From: Candidatus Latescibacterota bacterium | Lineage (GTDB): Bacteria; Latescibacterota; UBA2968 | Assembly (NCBI GenBank): GCA_965198115.1 | Contig: OZ240241.1 | Location: 3,712,001-3,776,000, forward strand | DNA: 64,000 nucleotides | Direction: 5' to 3' | Part shown: one piece after another, positions 1-9,539 of the stretch | Layout of the letters: each line of letters starts with the position of its first letter | Numbering within the stretch: the first letter of the stretch is position 1 | Made by a program: the position numbers and the translations under genes | The notes under the pieces: generated by a model | What the model saw: only the letters and a program-made list of their open reading frames with translations | Told to the model about the DNA's origin: nothing | Database searches by the model: none

Positions 1-421
1 GCGATACGTCACCCGAGAGAACCGCTCCGCCCACGGAATCTCCTCGACCACACGACCGTGGGTAGGACACCGAATCTCCCGAGGATGGTAGAGAAGCCAG
101 ACCCTCCACCCGCACACCGGAATGTCACGCCACCGACGCGGATGGGGCATTGTGCGGACGATTTTACCTCGACGGCCGAACTCCGGACAACAACAACCAT
201 TCTTATGTGGCTTTACGGCGATGACGAAACAGCTTCTCCCCTCAAACCACCAGCTGACAACACGGAACCCCTTGAATCTCAGCAGTTTCGATAGTAATCT
301 GCTCCCGGTCATAGGTCGCACCCCCTTCGCTTTGATTGTCCTACACACACAACCAAGCGTAGGGAACGATCTATGACCTTGTCATTCTATAGTTTCACCG
401 TTGAGAAACCCGGATAGAGCC
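1..421 (-). mobile_element. ISL3-family IS copy A, cut by the window edge (5' part of transposase plus terminal IR)
   Basis: Near-identical to ~40997-41417 of the full ISL3; ends in GGATAGAGCC at 421. Confidence 0.93.
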
Positions 422-426
422 TCTTT

Positions 427-1042
427 GGCTATATCCGGATCTCTCAACGAGCTGAAGTGGGTGAAGGTGCCGTGGTTCCTGGCATGGGGGCGCGGTTAGA
501 GTGTGCGGAACCTCTTCGGAATCTGCTCAGGGATGTTTATGTCTCCGACGGTAAGGAAGATCATATCGTTGAATGCGTCGAGTGTGCGGAATCCGCTGGC
601 TCGGTTCTTGACGATTTGGACGATTCGGTTGAGGCCTTCGGCGATGGCGTTGGTAAGACGCGTGTTCACGAATGCGAGGACGCCGAAGAAGTGCTGTCGC
701 AGGGTCCTGACGAACTTTCGCAGGGGTTCAAGTCGACTTCTGAGTGCGGACGTCGTCCAGCATTTCAGGAAGCGTTCGGCAGCCCAGGGCGCTTTGTATT
801 CCCAGAACTGCTCGAACTCGTCCTTGAGTCTCCAGGCTCTATAGATTCGGTAGTTCGCCTCCTCAAACCACCAGCTGACAACACGGAACCCCTTGAATCT
901 CAGCAGTTTCGATAGTAATCTGCTCCCGGTCATAGGTCGCACCCCCTTCGCTTTGATTGTCCTACACACACAACCAAGCGTAGGGAACGATCTATGACCT
1001 TGTCATTCTATAGTTTCACCGTTGAGAAACCCGGATAGAGCC
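427..1042 (-). mobile_element. ISL3 copy B, internally deleted (616 bp, both ends intact)
   Basis: Starts GGCTATATCC and ends GGATAGAGCC like the 39998-41417 copy; lacks the 804 bp equal to 40432-41235; junction at 860/861. Confidence 0.93.
496..969 (-). pseudogene. ISL3 transposase with in-frame 268-codon deletion
   Basis: 157 aa made of the N- and C-termini of the 425-aa transposase at 40067-41344. Confidence 0.9.
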
Positions 1043-1065
1043 TTCTTTATGGTGTCGGTTTGCAT
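1043..1065 (-). pseudogene. 5' stub of a probable cassette gene (MQTDTIK) cut by ISL3
   Basis: GGAGG SD, then ATG at 1065, downstream of the attC-like site; runs into the IS end. Confidence 0.45.
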
Positions 1066-1176
1066 CTACTCGTCCTCCATCTACTGAATCCGTCAGTGCT
1101 TCAGAATCTGCTATGCTGACAGGGTTGGGTTTTTGTCTTGTCTGCGATGTACGGCTTCTGAGATTCTGCCAATACC

Positions 1177-1283
1177 ACATAACCGTTCTCACAATGCCCG
1201 ACGTTTGCCGGAGCGTAGCGGAGGCAAATGTGCCCGAAGGGCCGAGCGACCGAAGGGAGCAAAGTGGGCATTGTGTGTTAAGC
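1177..1283 (-). other. attC-like integron recombination site (degenerate)
   Basis: Minus strand GCTTAAC...GTTATGT enclosing the inverted repeat CACAATGCCC/GGGCATTGTG and a GC-rich interior; left spacer shortened. Confidence 0.6.
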
Positions 1284-1360
1284 GTCCCTGTTGTTTTTTG
1301 TCATCAGGACAGGAAAAAGGAGCGGACATCACCTTCTTCAACAGAGGATTTGACAGACCC

Positions 1361-3541
1361 ATGACCCCAGAACAGCGATATCTCTTCGACATAAACGAGC
1401 TCAGGTCAATAGGTGTGTAAAAGAAATCAGGCGGCCATCTTCCCGGCTTCGACCTGCGGTCCGGTTGAGTGTTTCTGATCGTAGACTTGTTGTAGCAAGT
1501 GTGGCGCGGTGAGTTTCCTGAATCGGCTCTCTGCGACCTTGAGCGTACGCCAGATGAGAGTCGTGGCGTTCCTGACTTTCTTGAATCGCCTGGCGGCGTT
1601 TGTGCGAAGCCGAACGGAAGCAAAGGGGCTCTCGACGACGTTCGTGGTTCTCAGGTGTTTCCAGTGTTCCTTCGGGAAGTCGTAGAACGTGACCATCCGA
1701 TCCCAGTCTCTTTCGAGCGTCTCCACGGCGGCAGGGAACTGTGAGCGATACCGTGCGGCAAAGCGTTTCCGGAGCTTCTCGGCCTCCTTTTCGTGCCGGC
1801 ATAGGGGATCTGGACGAGCAATGCGCGGGCTTCAGCCTGTGCACGCTTGGCGACCTTGTCGAGCACGTTGAGGATCTTGTGGTTCCAGCACCGTTGTTGC
1901 CGGCTCTCTGGCCAGACCTGATCAACGGCCGCCCAGATGCCCATATTCCCGTCCGCGGCGATCAGGACAGGATGTTCGAGCCCGCGATCCCGGAGATCCC
2001 GGAGCACCGTGAGCCAGGATTCTGTAGACTCGATAACCGGGTTCTATCGCCAGGATCTCCTTGCTGCCGTCGCTCATCGCGCCGATCACGACCAGCAGAC
2101 ACGCCTTCTCGCGCTCGAGCCCGGCTTTGACGTAGATGCCATCAGCCCAGGCGTAGACCAGTTCGCGATTATCCAGACGCCTTTCTTTCCAGTCCTGGAA
2201 GTCGACCTCCCACTTCCCTCGAAGACGAGCGATCGAGGTCGGCGAAAGCGGCGCGCCATCACCGAGCAGCGCACGCAAAGACAACTCGAAGTCGCCCTGG
2301 GAGAGACCGTGGAGATAAAGGTCGGGAAGCAGATCTCCAATGGCCCTGGTTCTCCGGGCGAACAGGAGGAGGATGCGGCTTTCAAACCGCTCTTCCAGAC
2401 CACGAACCCGGGGACGCCGGACCTTGATCGTTCCGCAGCTCGTCGAGAGACGCCGGGGCTTGCCGTAGCCGTTCCTGTAGCCCGTGGAGCTATCGACCTC
2501 GGCTCGGCGCTCATACCACGACCGGCCCAAGAACGCGGTCGCCTCCTCCTCCAGAATGGACTGGAACCGGCCCTGGATCTCTTCACGGATCCAATCGTCA
2601 ACCGTCTCCCACGTCGGCATGGACTTCAATGGGGCTCTATGCGTATGTTCCTTCACGGCGATCCTCCTTCCCAACCGGGCCTCTCACCCGGTTTTGTGTG
2701 AATCAACTATCTCACGGGAAGGGTAGGGTCGCCCTTTCCTCTTTTTCCACACCTTTTGATTATAGCTCACATAAACGGCTATCTGCACATTCCGGACGTA
2801 CTGAGTGAAGCAGAGCTGGCTGCGGCGCGAGAAGCGATCGAGCGCTACGTGACAACCCCCAAGGAGGAGTTGCCGGAGGGCTTCTCCCATTCCGAAGACG
2901 GCAAGATGCATGCGAACGGCTTCGCCTGGGACAAGAGCCTCGAGTCCATCGTCGTCCATCCCAAGCTGTGGCCCATCATCATGGAATTCACCCACGACCG
3001 GCCCGGCTTCGCGAGGGGCACCCTTCTCGTGGACAGCCATCATCTGGGACCGGGACGGCTCCATTGCGCGAGGGAGGATTTCGGCTGGGAGAGTACGAGA
3101 TTCGACACGCGCGAGGGCCGCATCTACTGCGACGATTTCGTCATCTTCCCCTATTTCGATGACGTTCTTCCGGGCGATGGTGGACTCATCGTCGTGCCGG
3201 GGTCGCACAAAGCGGCCTTCGATCGCCCTGAGACCCTGTTCAACGACGGGATGATGGCGGAACTCGACGATTTGCCTGCCGGGGTGGTCAACGTGACGCC
3301 GCGGGCGGGGGACGTGATCGTCATGACGGAGATGCTCGCCCACGGTACCCTGCAGTGGAAACCGACGGACCGTCAACGCCGCACCCTCGTGCTGCGCTAC
3401 CGGCCTCAGTACAGAAACAGGACCGCCGCACGGGAAGCGATCCAGGAGCGGCTCTCACCACAAGTCAGAGAGCTGATGGATTATGCTCACTACACCGATG
3501 TGAAGGAGATCGCCAAGGAGGAAGTGGTGCGGCTTACGTGA
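1361..3541 (+). pseudogene. Phytanoyl-CoA dioxygenase (PhyH) family gene interrupted by IS256 at codons 10-12
   Basis: Removing the IS and one TSD restores MTPEQRYLFDINGYLHIP; PGSHK and HG motifs of PhyH-type 2OG-Fe dioxygenases. Confidence 0.88.
1397..2768 (-). mobile_element. IS256-family IS copy 1; transposase (1427-2674) frameshifted twice
   Basis: IRs GAGCTCAGGTCAATAGGTGTG and GAGCTATAATCAAAAGGTGTG; 8-bp TSD ACATAAAC (1389-1396, 2769-2776); 1-bp and 2-bp losses relative to copy 2. Confidence 0.95.
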
Positions 3542-3610
3542 CGATACGCAGGTCGCGTCGCTCCTCGATCCCCGCCTGCCTACCTCGTCGACGCAGCGAA
3601 ACCCTTTCCG

Positions 3611-4774
3611 CTACTGTGGGGCGCGATCCAGGCGCCACACGTCTCCCGGACGCCACGCAGACTCGACCCGATGCGTGAAGTCCCGCTTGCTCAGCTCAGC
3701 CTGCTCCGTCGAAATAGTAACCGCACTTCCAGCAACGAGGAAAAGAGCGTCCCGGTGGACGTGGACGGCACAGGCGTGACGTAGGCTCCAGGGCGTGTAC
3801 GGCAGCTCCTGCCAATGTTCGCCATCCTCCGAATACCACACGTCATTTCGATTGCCCTCGGTGGCAACCTCACTTGGGTGGTCAGCCACTCCCCGGTGTC
3901 CTCCCAACACCCAGAGCTTGCCATCCCATACTGCGGTATCGTGGTATGAGCGAGCCGGCCAGGGAGCCATTCCCTCCGCCAGATGGCATGTCCAGTCGCG
4001 ACCGTCTGCCGACGACCACACATCGTTGTGATAGACGCGGGCTTTCAGTCTGGGCTGCTCTTCGAGATCGTATCGCAGCGAGCTCAAGGTGGTTCCGCCC
4101 GCCCCGACATAGCCGCCGCCGAGGATCCACATTCGACCATCGAGGACGGCCACGCCACCATTCGCGCCGGTAATCATGCCCCTGGGCGCCCATGGCGCGC
4201 TATCCGTCACCAGCTCCCAGCTCAGACCGTCGTCCGTCCGCCAGACATCGCACAGCGGCGGAGGGGCCGGTGGGAAAGGTCTCCCAGCTTTCAGGTCCGC
4301 CACGAAACTGGTTTGTGCGGCGGCGCCGGCCTGGCCGCCCAGAACCCAGATCGAGCTGTCGAAGACGGTGACCATCTGGTTGCCGCGCTCCTGCCAGGGT
4401 ACGGTGGCCGCAACGAGCTCCCAATTCGCGCCATCTTTCGATTTCCACACGTCGTCGGGTGTCCCGTTCTCCGCCCCAACGATCCAGATGTGGCCGTCGT
4501 GCACGACCGCACCGTGCATGTGCCTGCCGCTCCACGGAGCAGTGGTCGCCAGGGACCAGCTGGCGCCGTCGTCGTCCGAGCACCACACCTCCGAACACAC
4601 CTCCGACTCGAAGGAGCCGTCACCGGCGCCGGCGAGGTCGTCCCGCTCGCCCGCGTACTGGTTCCAGCCACCAAGCAGAAAGAGCTTGCCGTTGAAGGAG
4701 ACGAGCTGCGCCCCGTCGCGAGGCGACCACGCCACCTCCGAGCTCACACAGCTCCAGCTATACTCGTCTGCCAT
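3611..4774 (-). CDS. Kelch-like beta-propeller repeat protein
   Basis: Repeated PWxxR...W[IV]LGG...DVWxSxDG units. Confidence 0.8.
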   Translation of the reverse strand: MADEYSWSCVSSEVAWSPRDGAQLVSFNGKLFLLGGWNQYAGERDDLAGAGDGSFESEVCSEVWCSDDDGASWSLATTAPWSGRHMHGAVVHDGHIWIVGAENGTPDDVWKSKDGANWELVAATVPWQERGNQMVTVFDSSIWVLGGQAGAAAQTSFVADLKAGRPFPPAPPPLCDVWRTDDGLSWELVTDSAPWAPRGMITGANGGVAVLDGRMWILGGGYVGAGGTTLSSLRYDLEEQPRLKARVYHNDVWSSADGRDWTCHLAEGMAPWPARSYHDTAVWDGKLWVLGGHRGVADHPSEVATEGNRNDVWYSEDGEHWQELPYTPWSLRHACAVHVHRDALFLVAGSAVTISTEQAELSKRDFTHRVESAWRPGDVWRLDRAPQ

Positions 4775-4963
4775 CGTTTGTTCCCGAGTCTGGGGAGGGT
4801 TGTGATCTTGATAGCCAGCTTATGTGAAAGGTAAAACGCCTTGACGCAACTCGAATCAAGACTTCGTGCTCTTTCGTGATCTCCGCAATCCCCATTCCGG
4901 GTTCTTCACGCAGAAGAGTGGATGGCTGACGCGCTTCCTTTTTCGCGAACTCATTTTTGGGGT

Positions 4964-4989
4964 GTTCTCTTTTGTGACCAAAAGAGAAC
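4964..4989. repeat. 11-bp perfect hairpin GTTCTCTTTTG-TGAC-CAAAAGAGAAC
   Basis: Read directly in the 4775-5248 intergenic region. Confidence 0.7.
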
Positions 4990-5248
4990 CAGAAAAGTCC
5001 CGCTCAAGCGCCGCGGGGGCTTGTGGCCCAGGCCGGCAGTACGACCCAGCTCGATGACGACACTAGTGACAAGCCCCAAGTGCCTCCCCACCCAACCCTA
5101 TCCCCCCTGGAGTTGAAACAACGACGTTGCTCGTTACCGCCTCTACCTGGGCCTCTACTGTGTGGGCGTCTGTTCTCTTAACGGTCTTTGTGCGTCTTGT
5201 CTCCGAAGGATCCACTCAAAACCGCCCATTCCGCAATGGCCTAAGCGG

Positions 5249-6598
5249 TCACACGACCCTGCGTCCTTCCTCCACTACAACCCGCCCCGAAATCATCACC
5301 ATCTTCACCCCCGACAGCCTTCCCGGTTCTGTCACGACTACGTCGGCGACTCTTCCAGCTTCTATGAAGCCTCGATTCGGGGCCAGCTTCGGAATCGCCT
5401 TCGTCACGTTCCCCGTGGCCTTGGCGACGCCAGAGGCCGTGTCCAGGATGCCCGCTTCCACGGCCTTTTCGATCGTGAGCAGAATCGGATCCCAGCAGCC
5501 GTTCAGGAAGTCGGTCGAGATCAGGTCAACCAGACCTGATTCCAGCAGGGCGAAGATCGTCTCCGGAGTCGGAGTCGACTGCTGCACGCCGAACGAATCC
5601 TCCCCGGAGTAGATGTCGACAAACACCCCGTGTTCCTTCAGGTGTCTGGCCCTCGTCACCGCCTCCTGCGGCGTGAACATATGATTCGAATGCGCCGCGA
5701 TCATTCCAGGACCCGCCTCGCCAGCGATTCGAGCGATCAGATCTGCATTTTCGCCAGAATGGTGAGCGATCACCGGCACCTCGAGCCGCTTGCCGATTTC
5801 GATCGATTCTTTGAGCGCCAGCTTTGACGCCTCGTGCTGCCGCACGACATCTTGAGCCACCCGTCTGACCACTTCAGCCGTGAGCACCCCGTTCAGCTCG
5901 GTCTCGTTGATCGCTTCGGTCACGGCCTGCTCGTCATACGGCTTCAGGGGCGGCGCCCCGGGAAGCTCGAACAGCGCGCTGGAAAGCCTCTTCGCCTGGT
6001 CGATCAGAATCGGTCGGCCAGCCGCGCGATAGAACTCGAACAGGCAGTACGGGCTCGAAGGCACCGCCGTCTCGCCAACAGCGACCGCCCCCTCTGAAAT
6101 CATCTGCTCCGCGGTCAGGTTCGCGTGGAGGTCGTCGATATACCCGCCGTGCCGGCGGATGTTTGCCATATTCTGTTCGCTGTGTATCGTCGCGGCTCTT
6201 ACGTTGAGGGGATGAATCTTGTTCATCGCCTCGACTTCCCACACGCTCGTCAACCCGTCCAGCGAGAGCAGCGTTGTCGCGCCATCCAGAAGATGCTTGT
6301 CCAGATAGCCGAAGATGCGCGCGATCGGCCAGCGATGTTCCCCGAAGAAGGTAGGCCCGGAATCTGAGTTCGCGTGATAGTTGGGACCGAAGGCCACTTC
6401 GTGCGAGTGGTGATTGATCAATCCCGGGAGGATAAATCCACCCTGCGCGTCGATGATTCGATCGGAATCGTTGTAGGGGATGTACTTCGTGTCGTGGATC
6501 CGAGTGATGAAAACGTCTTCCACGACGACAGAAGACTCGGGAAGGACCGTCTTTCCGTCACCTGTAACGATCGTGCCGTTGACAATGGAGATCTTCAT
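5249..6598 (-). CDS. Amidohydrolase-family metallohydrolase
   Basis: PGLINHHSH (HxH), later His ligands, STD, C-terminal GxIExGRxADVV. Confidence 0.85.
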   Translation of the reverse strand: MKISIVNGTIVTGDGKTVLPESSVVVEDVFITRIHDTKYIPYNDSDRIIDAQGGFILPGLINHHSHEVAFGPNYHANSDSGPTFFGEHRWPIARIFGYLDKHLLDGATTLLSLDGLTSVWEVEAMNKIHPLNVRAATIHSEQNMANIRRHGGYIDDLHANLTAEQMISEGAVAVGETAVPSSPYCLFEFYRAAGRPILIDQAKRLSSALFELPGAPPLKPYDEQAVTEAINETELNGVLTAEVVRRVAQDVVRQHEASKLALKESIEIGKRLEVPVIAHHSGENADLIARIAGEAGPGMIAAHSNHMFTPQEAVTRARHLKEHGVFVDIYSGEDSFGVQQSTPTPETIFALLESGLVDLISTDFLNGCWDPILLTIEKAVEAGILDTASGVAKATGNVTKAIPKLAPNRGFIEAGRVADVVVTEPGRLSGVKMVMISGRVVVEEGRRVV

Positions 6599-6608
6599 CA
6601 GCTTCCCC

Positions 6609-6800
6609 TTAGCAGTACTTGCGGTACTTCAAAACCTCTCGGCGCGCGCCTTCTCTGATCCACTCGAATTCGTCATTCACCTCGAAGAACCTGCAGCCTC
6701 GTGCGATCCATTGTCCTCCCGCCTTCGGTCCCGACACGGTCGTACCGAAAGGCACGCCGTGCTTCACGCACAGATCCTCGTCGAGGACCCACGGATACGA
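6609..6800 (-). pseudogene. 3' remnant of a probable HpcH/HpaI aldolase-family gene
   Basis: Minus frame ...DLCVKHGVPFGTTVSGPKAGGQWIARGCRFFEVNDEFEWIREGA... ends at TAA 6609; no start. Confidence 0.5.
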
Positions 6801-6802
6801 AA

Positions 6803-7225
6803 CTACGACATCTCGCCAAACGCAGTGATTTCTTCGACGTATGCCGAATCGAACTGCAGCGCCTCAACCAACTGTGATAGCTCGGTCGCGTACGCGGGAT
6901 TCGCCCCGGCTAGACCCAACTCGCGCGGCAGGTTGTAGCAGTACGTCTCGACAGCTTCGCTTGTGTCCAACAGCCCCACCTGTACGCGTTCTCGTATGTA
7001 CTCGCGAACACTCGGTTCCGAGTAGAGCGCGCGAGCTTCCTGGTCGGCGAGCTCCATCACGATTCCATAGGCGCGACTCGAAGCGGATCGCAGCAATGTT
7101 GCTCGCTCGCCGATGTGGATGCGGTAGTCGGGTAGCACTGCAGGCCCGATAATCTCTGGGCGAAGACCCTTCTCAGTGAGAAGAGACCGATCCATAAACA
7201 GGCCGTAGAAGAAGATCTTGCTCAT
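6803..7225 (-). CDS. Gamma-glutamylcyclotransferase/AIG2-like protein; probable gene cassette
   Basis: N-terminal FFYGLFMD motif; ATG 16 bp after the attC core GTTAGGC. Confidence 0.75.
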   Translation of the reverse strand: MSKIFFYGLFMDRSLLTEKGLRPEIIGPAVLPDYRIHIGERATLLRSASSRAYGIVMELADQEARALYSEPSVREYIRERVQVGLLDTSEAVETYCYNLPRELGLAGANPAYATELSQLVEALQFDSAYVEEITAFGEMS

Positions 7226-7241
7226 GGGTTCGGAGCTGTCC

Positions 7242-7322
7242 GCCTAACGTTCTGCCGATGTGCGAACCCGCGTAGGGGGTTGGTGGAGCCAAGGTCCGAA
7301 TGCGCACATCGCGCCGTTATGC
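7242..7322 (-). other. attC integron recombination site
   Basis: Minus strand GCATAAC-GGCG-CGATGTGCG...CGCACATCG-GCAGAAC-GTTAGGC, between two co-oriented genes. Confidence 0.75.
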
Positions 7323-7397
7323 GGCGTGAATTCCTGATTCTGCTCCAGCTTGAGTGCTATGATCTGCACTTAAATAACGTCGCGTGCATCCGGCTTG

Positions 7398-8098
7398 TTA
7401 ATTCTGTAGCAGCTCTTCTGCCTCTCCGGAAAACGATTCCAGGTCACTCTTCGCAATGAATACATGTCCTGTCCGACACACTTCTTGTCCTGGCTGAATG
7501 AGACCAAACCAGAGAAAGACATCTGTACATGGCCACCCCTGATTCGAGCTCACGGCAACGGCATCTGTCGAGTAATGACACGTCAGCAGCGGTTCGCCCT
7601 TCACGATATTCCAGGCAACTACGCCGGGAAAGGAAACGCTGGTGCCGGTTAGTTGATCGCGGCTGAGAGCTGTTCTGGCGCATTCGGCAGTCATTCCGTT
7701 GACCGGTAGATAACAGTGCCCGCGAATGTGTGGAACGTCTTGAAAGGGAATCCAGCGATCTCCCAGCTTCACATATGGCCGATATCCTGTGGCTGGCGAC
7801 TGGAAACTGTTGAAGCAAATCCAGGTGTAGACATCCTGCCAAGGGACATCGGAACCATTCGTTACGCGTACCTCGTAGTGGATGCCGGTGTGATCGTTGC
7901 GTATAGCTGCTGCCTGGTATCCGACCACCGTACGATCATTCTCCGAACCAGCTTTAAGCCTCACCTTAGATCCCGATTGATCCCAACATCCAAGGAGATT
8001 CCTTACAGGACAACGGTCGTATGACCATCCATCATCGTTTGACTGCCAGTTCATTCCGATCTGGTAGTGATGCTTCTGTCCGTTTAGGAATACTTGCT
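7398..8098 (-). pseudogene. Hypothetical cassette-like protein, probably 5'-truncated by IS256 copy 2
   Basis: Frame stays open upstream of ATG 8054 up to the IS boundary; visibly lower GC. Confidence 0.6.
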
Positions 8099-9472
8099 GA
8101 GTTCAGGTCAATAGGTGTGTAAAAGAAATCAGGCGGCCATCTTCCCGGCTTCGACCTGCGGTCCGGTTGAGTGTTTCTGATCGTAGACTTGTTGTAGCAA
8201 GTGTGGCGCGGTGAGTTTCCTGAATCGGCTCTCTGCGACCTTGAGCGTACGCCAGATGAGAGCCGTGGCGTTCCTGACTTTCTTGAATCGCCTGGCGGCG
8301 TTTGTGCGAAGCCGAACGGAAGCAAAGGGGCTCTCGACGACGTTCGTGGTTCTCAGGTGTTTCCAGTGTTCCTTCGGGAAGTCGTAGAACGTGACCATCC
8401 GATCCCAGTCTCTTTCGAGCGTCTCCACGGCGGCAGGGAACTGTGAGCGATACCGTGCGGCAAAGCGTTTCCGGAGCTTCTCGGCCTCCTTTTTCGTGCC
8501 GGCATAGGGGATCTGGACGAGCAGTGCGCGGGCTTCAGCCTGTGCACGCTTGGCGACCTTGTCGAGCACGTTGAGGATCTTGTGGTTCCAGCACCGTTGT
8601 TGCCGGCTCTCTGGCCAGACCTGATCAACGGCCGCCCAGATGCCCATATTCCCGTCCGCGGCGATCAGGACAGGATGTTCGAGCCCGCGATCCCGGAGAT
8701 CCCGGAGCACCGTGAGCCAGGATTCTGTAGACTCTCGATAACCGGGTTCTATCGCCAGGATCTCCTTGCTGCCGTCGCTCATCGCGCCGATCACGACCAG
8801 CAGACACGCCTTCTCGCGCTCGAGCCCGGCTTTGACGTAGATGCCATCAGCCCAGGCGTAGACCAGTTCGCGATTATCCAGACGCCTTTCTTTCCAGTCC
8901 TGGAAGTCGACCTCCCACTTCCCTCGAAGACGAGCGATCGAGGTCGGCGAAAGCGGCGCGCCATCACCGAGCAGCGCACGCAAAGACAACTCGAAGTCGC
9001 CCTGGGAGAGACCGTGGAGATAAAGGTCGGGAAGCAGATCTCCAATGGCCCTGGTTCTCCGGGCGAACAGGGGGAGGATGCGGCTTTCAAACCGCTCTTC
9101 CAGACCACGAACCCGGGGACGCCGGACCTTGATCGTTCCGCAGCTCGTCGAGAGACGCCGGGGCTTGCCGTAGCCGTTCCTGTAGCCCCTGGAGCTATCG
9201 ACCTCGGCTCGGCGCTCATACCACGACCGGCCCAAGAACGCGGTCGCCTCCTCCTCCAGAATGGACTGGAACCGGCCCTGGATCTCTTCACGGATCCAAT
9301 CGTCAACCGTCTCCCACGTCGGCATGGACTTCAATGGGGCTCTATGCGTATGTTCCTTCACGGCGATCCTCCTTCCCAACCGGGCCTCTCACCCGGTTTT
9401 GTGTGAATCAACTATCTCACGGGAAGGGTAGGGTCGCCCTTTCTCTTTTTCCACACCTTTTGATTATAGCTC
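8099..9472 (-). mobile_element. IS256-family IS copy 2 (no TSD)
   Basis: Near-identical IRs to copy 1; flanks TACTTGCT and TCCTACAC do not match. Confidence 0.95.
8129..9379 (-). CDS. IS256-family transposase (intact, 416 aa)
   Basis: RNGY, WADG, AADG, QRCWNHK and TTNVVE motifs of Mutator/IS256 DDE enzymes. Confidence 0.95.
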   Translation of the reverse strand: MGRRIAVKEHTHRAPLKSMPTWETVDDWIREEIQGRFQSILEEEATAFLGRSWYERRAEVDSSRGYRNGYGKPRRLSTSCGTIKVRRPRVRGLEERFESRILPLFARRTRAIGDLLPDLYLHGLSQGDFELSLRALLGDGAPLSPTSIARLRGKWEVDFQDWKERRLDNRELVYAWADGIYVKAGLEREKACLLVVIGAMSDGSKEILAIEPGYRESTESWLTVLRDLRDRGLEHPVLIAADGNMGIWAAVDQVWPESRQQRCWNHKILNVLDKVAKRAQAEARALLVQIPYAGTKKEAEKLRKRFAARYRSQFPAAVETLERDWDRMVTFYDFPKEHWKHLRTTNVVESPFASVRLRTNAARRFKKVRNATALIWRTLKVAESRFRKLTAPHLLQQVYDQKHSTGPQVEAGKMAA

Positions 9473-9539
9473 TCCTACACGTCTACCCAACGTAAGTTTG
9501 GAGCCCTCTAAGTTTCAACTACGATAGGCACAACACCAG

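Noticed and set aside
1397-9472. Composite transposon bounded by the two direct IS256 copies
   Set aside because: Copy 1 has its own TSD on both sides, and the outer flanks (ACATAAAC vs TCCTACAC) do not match.
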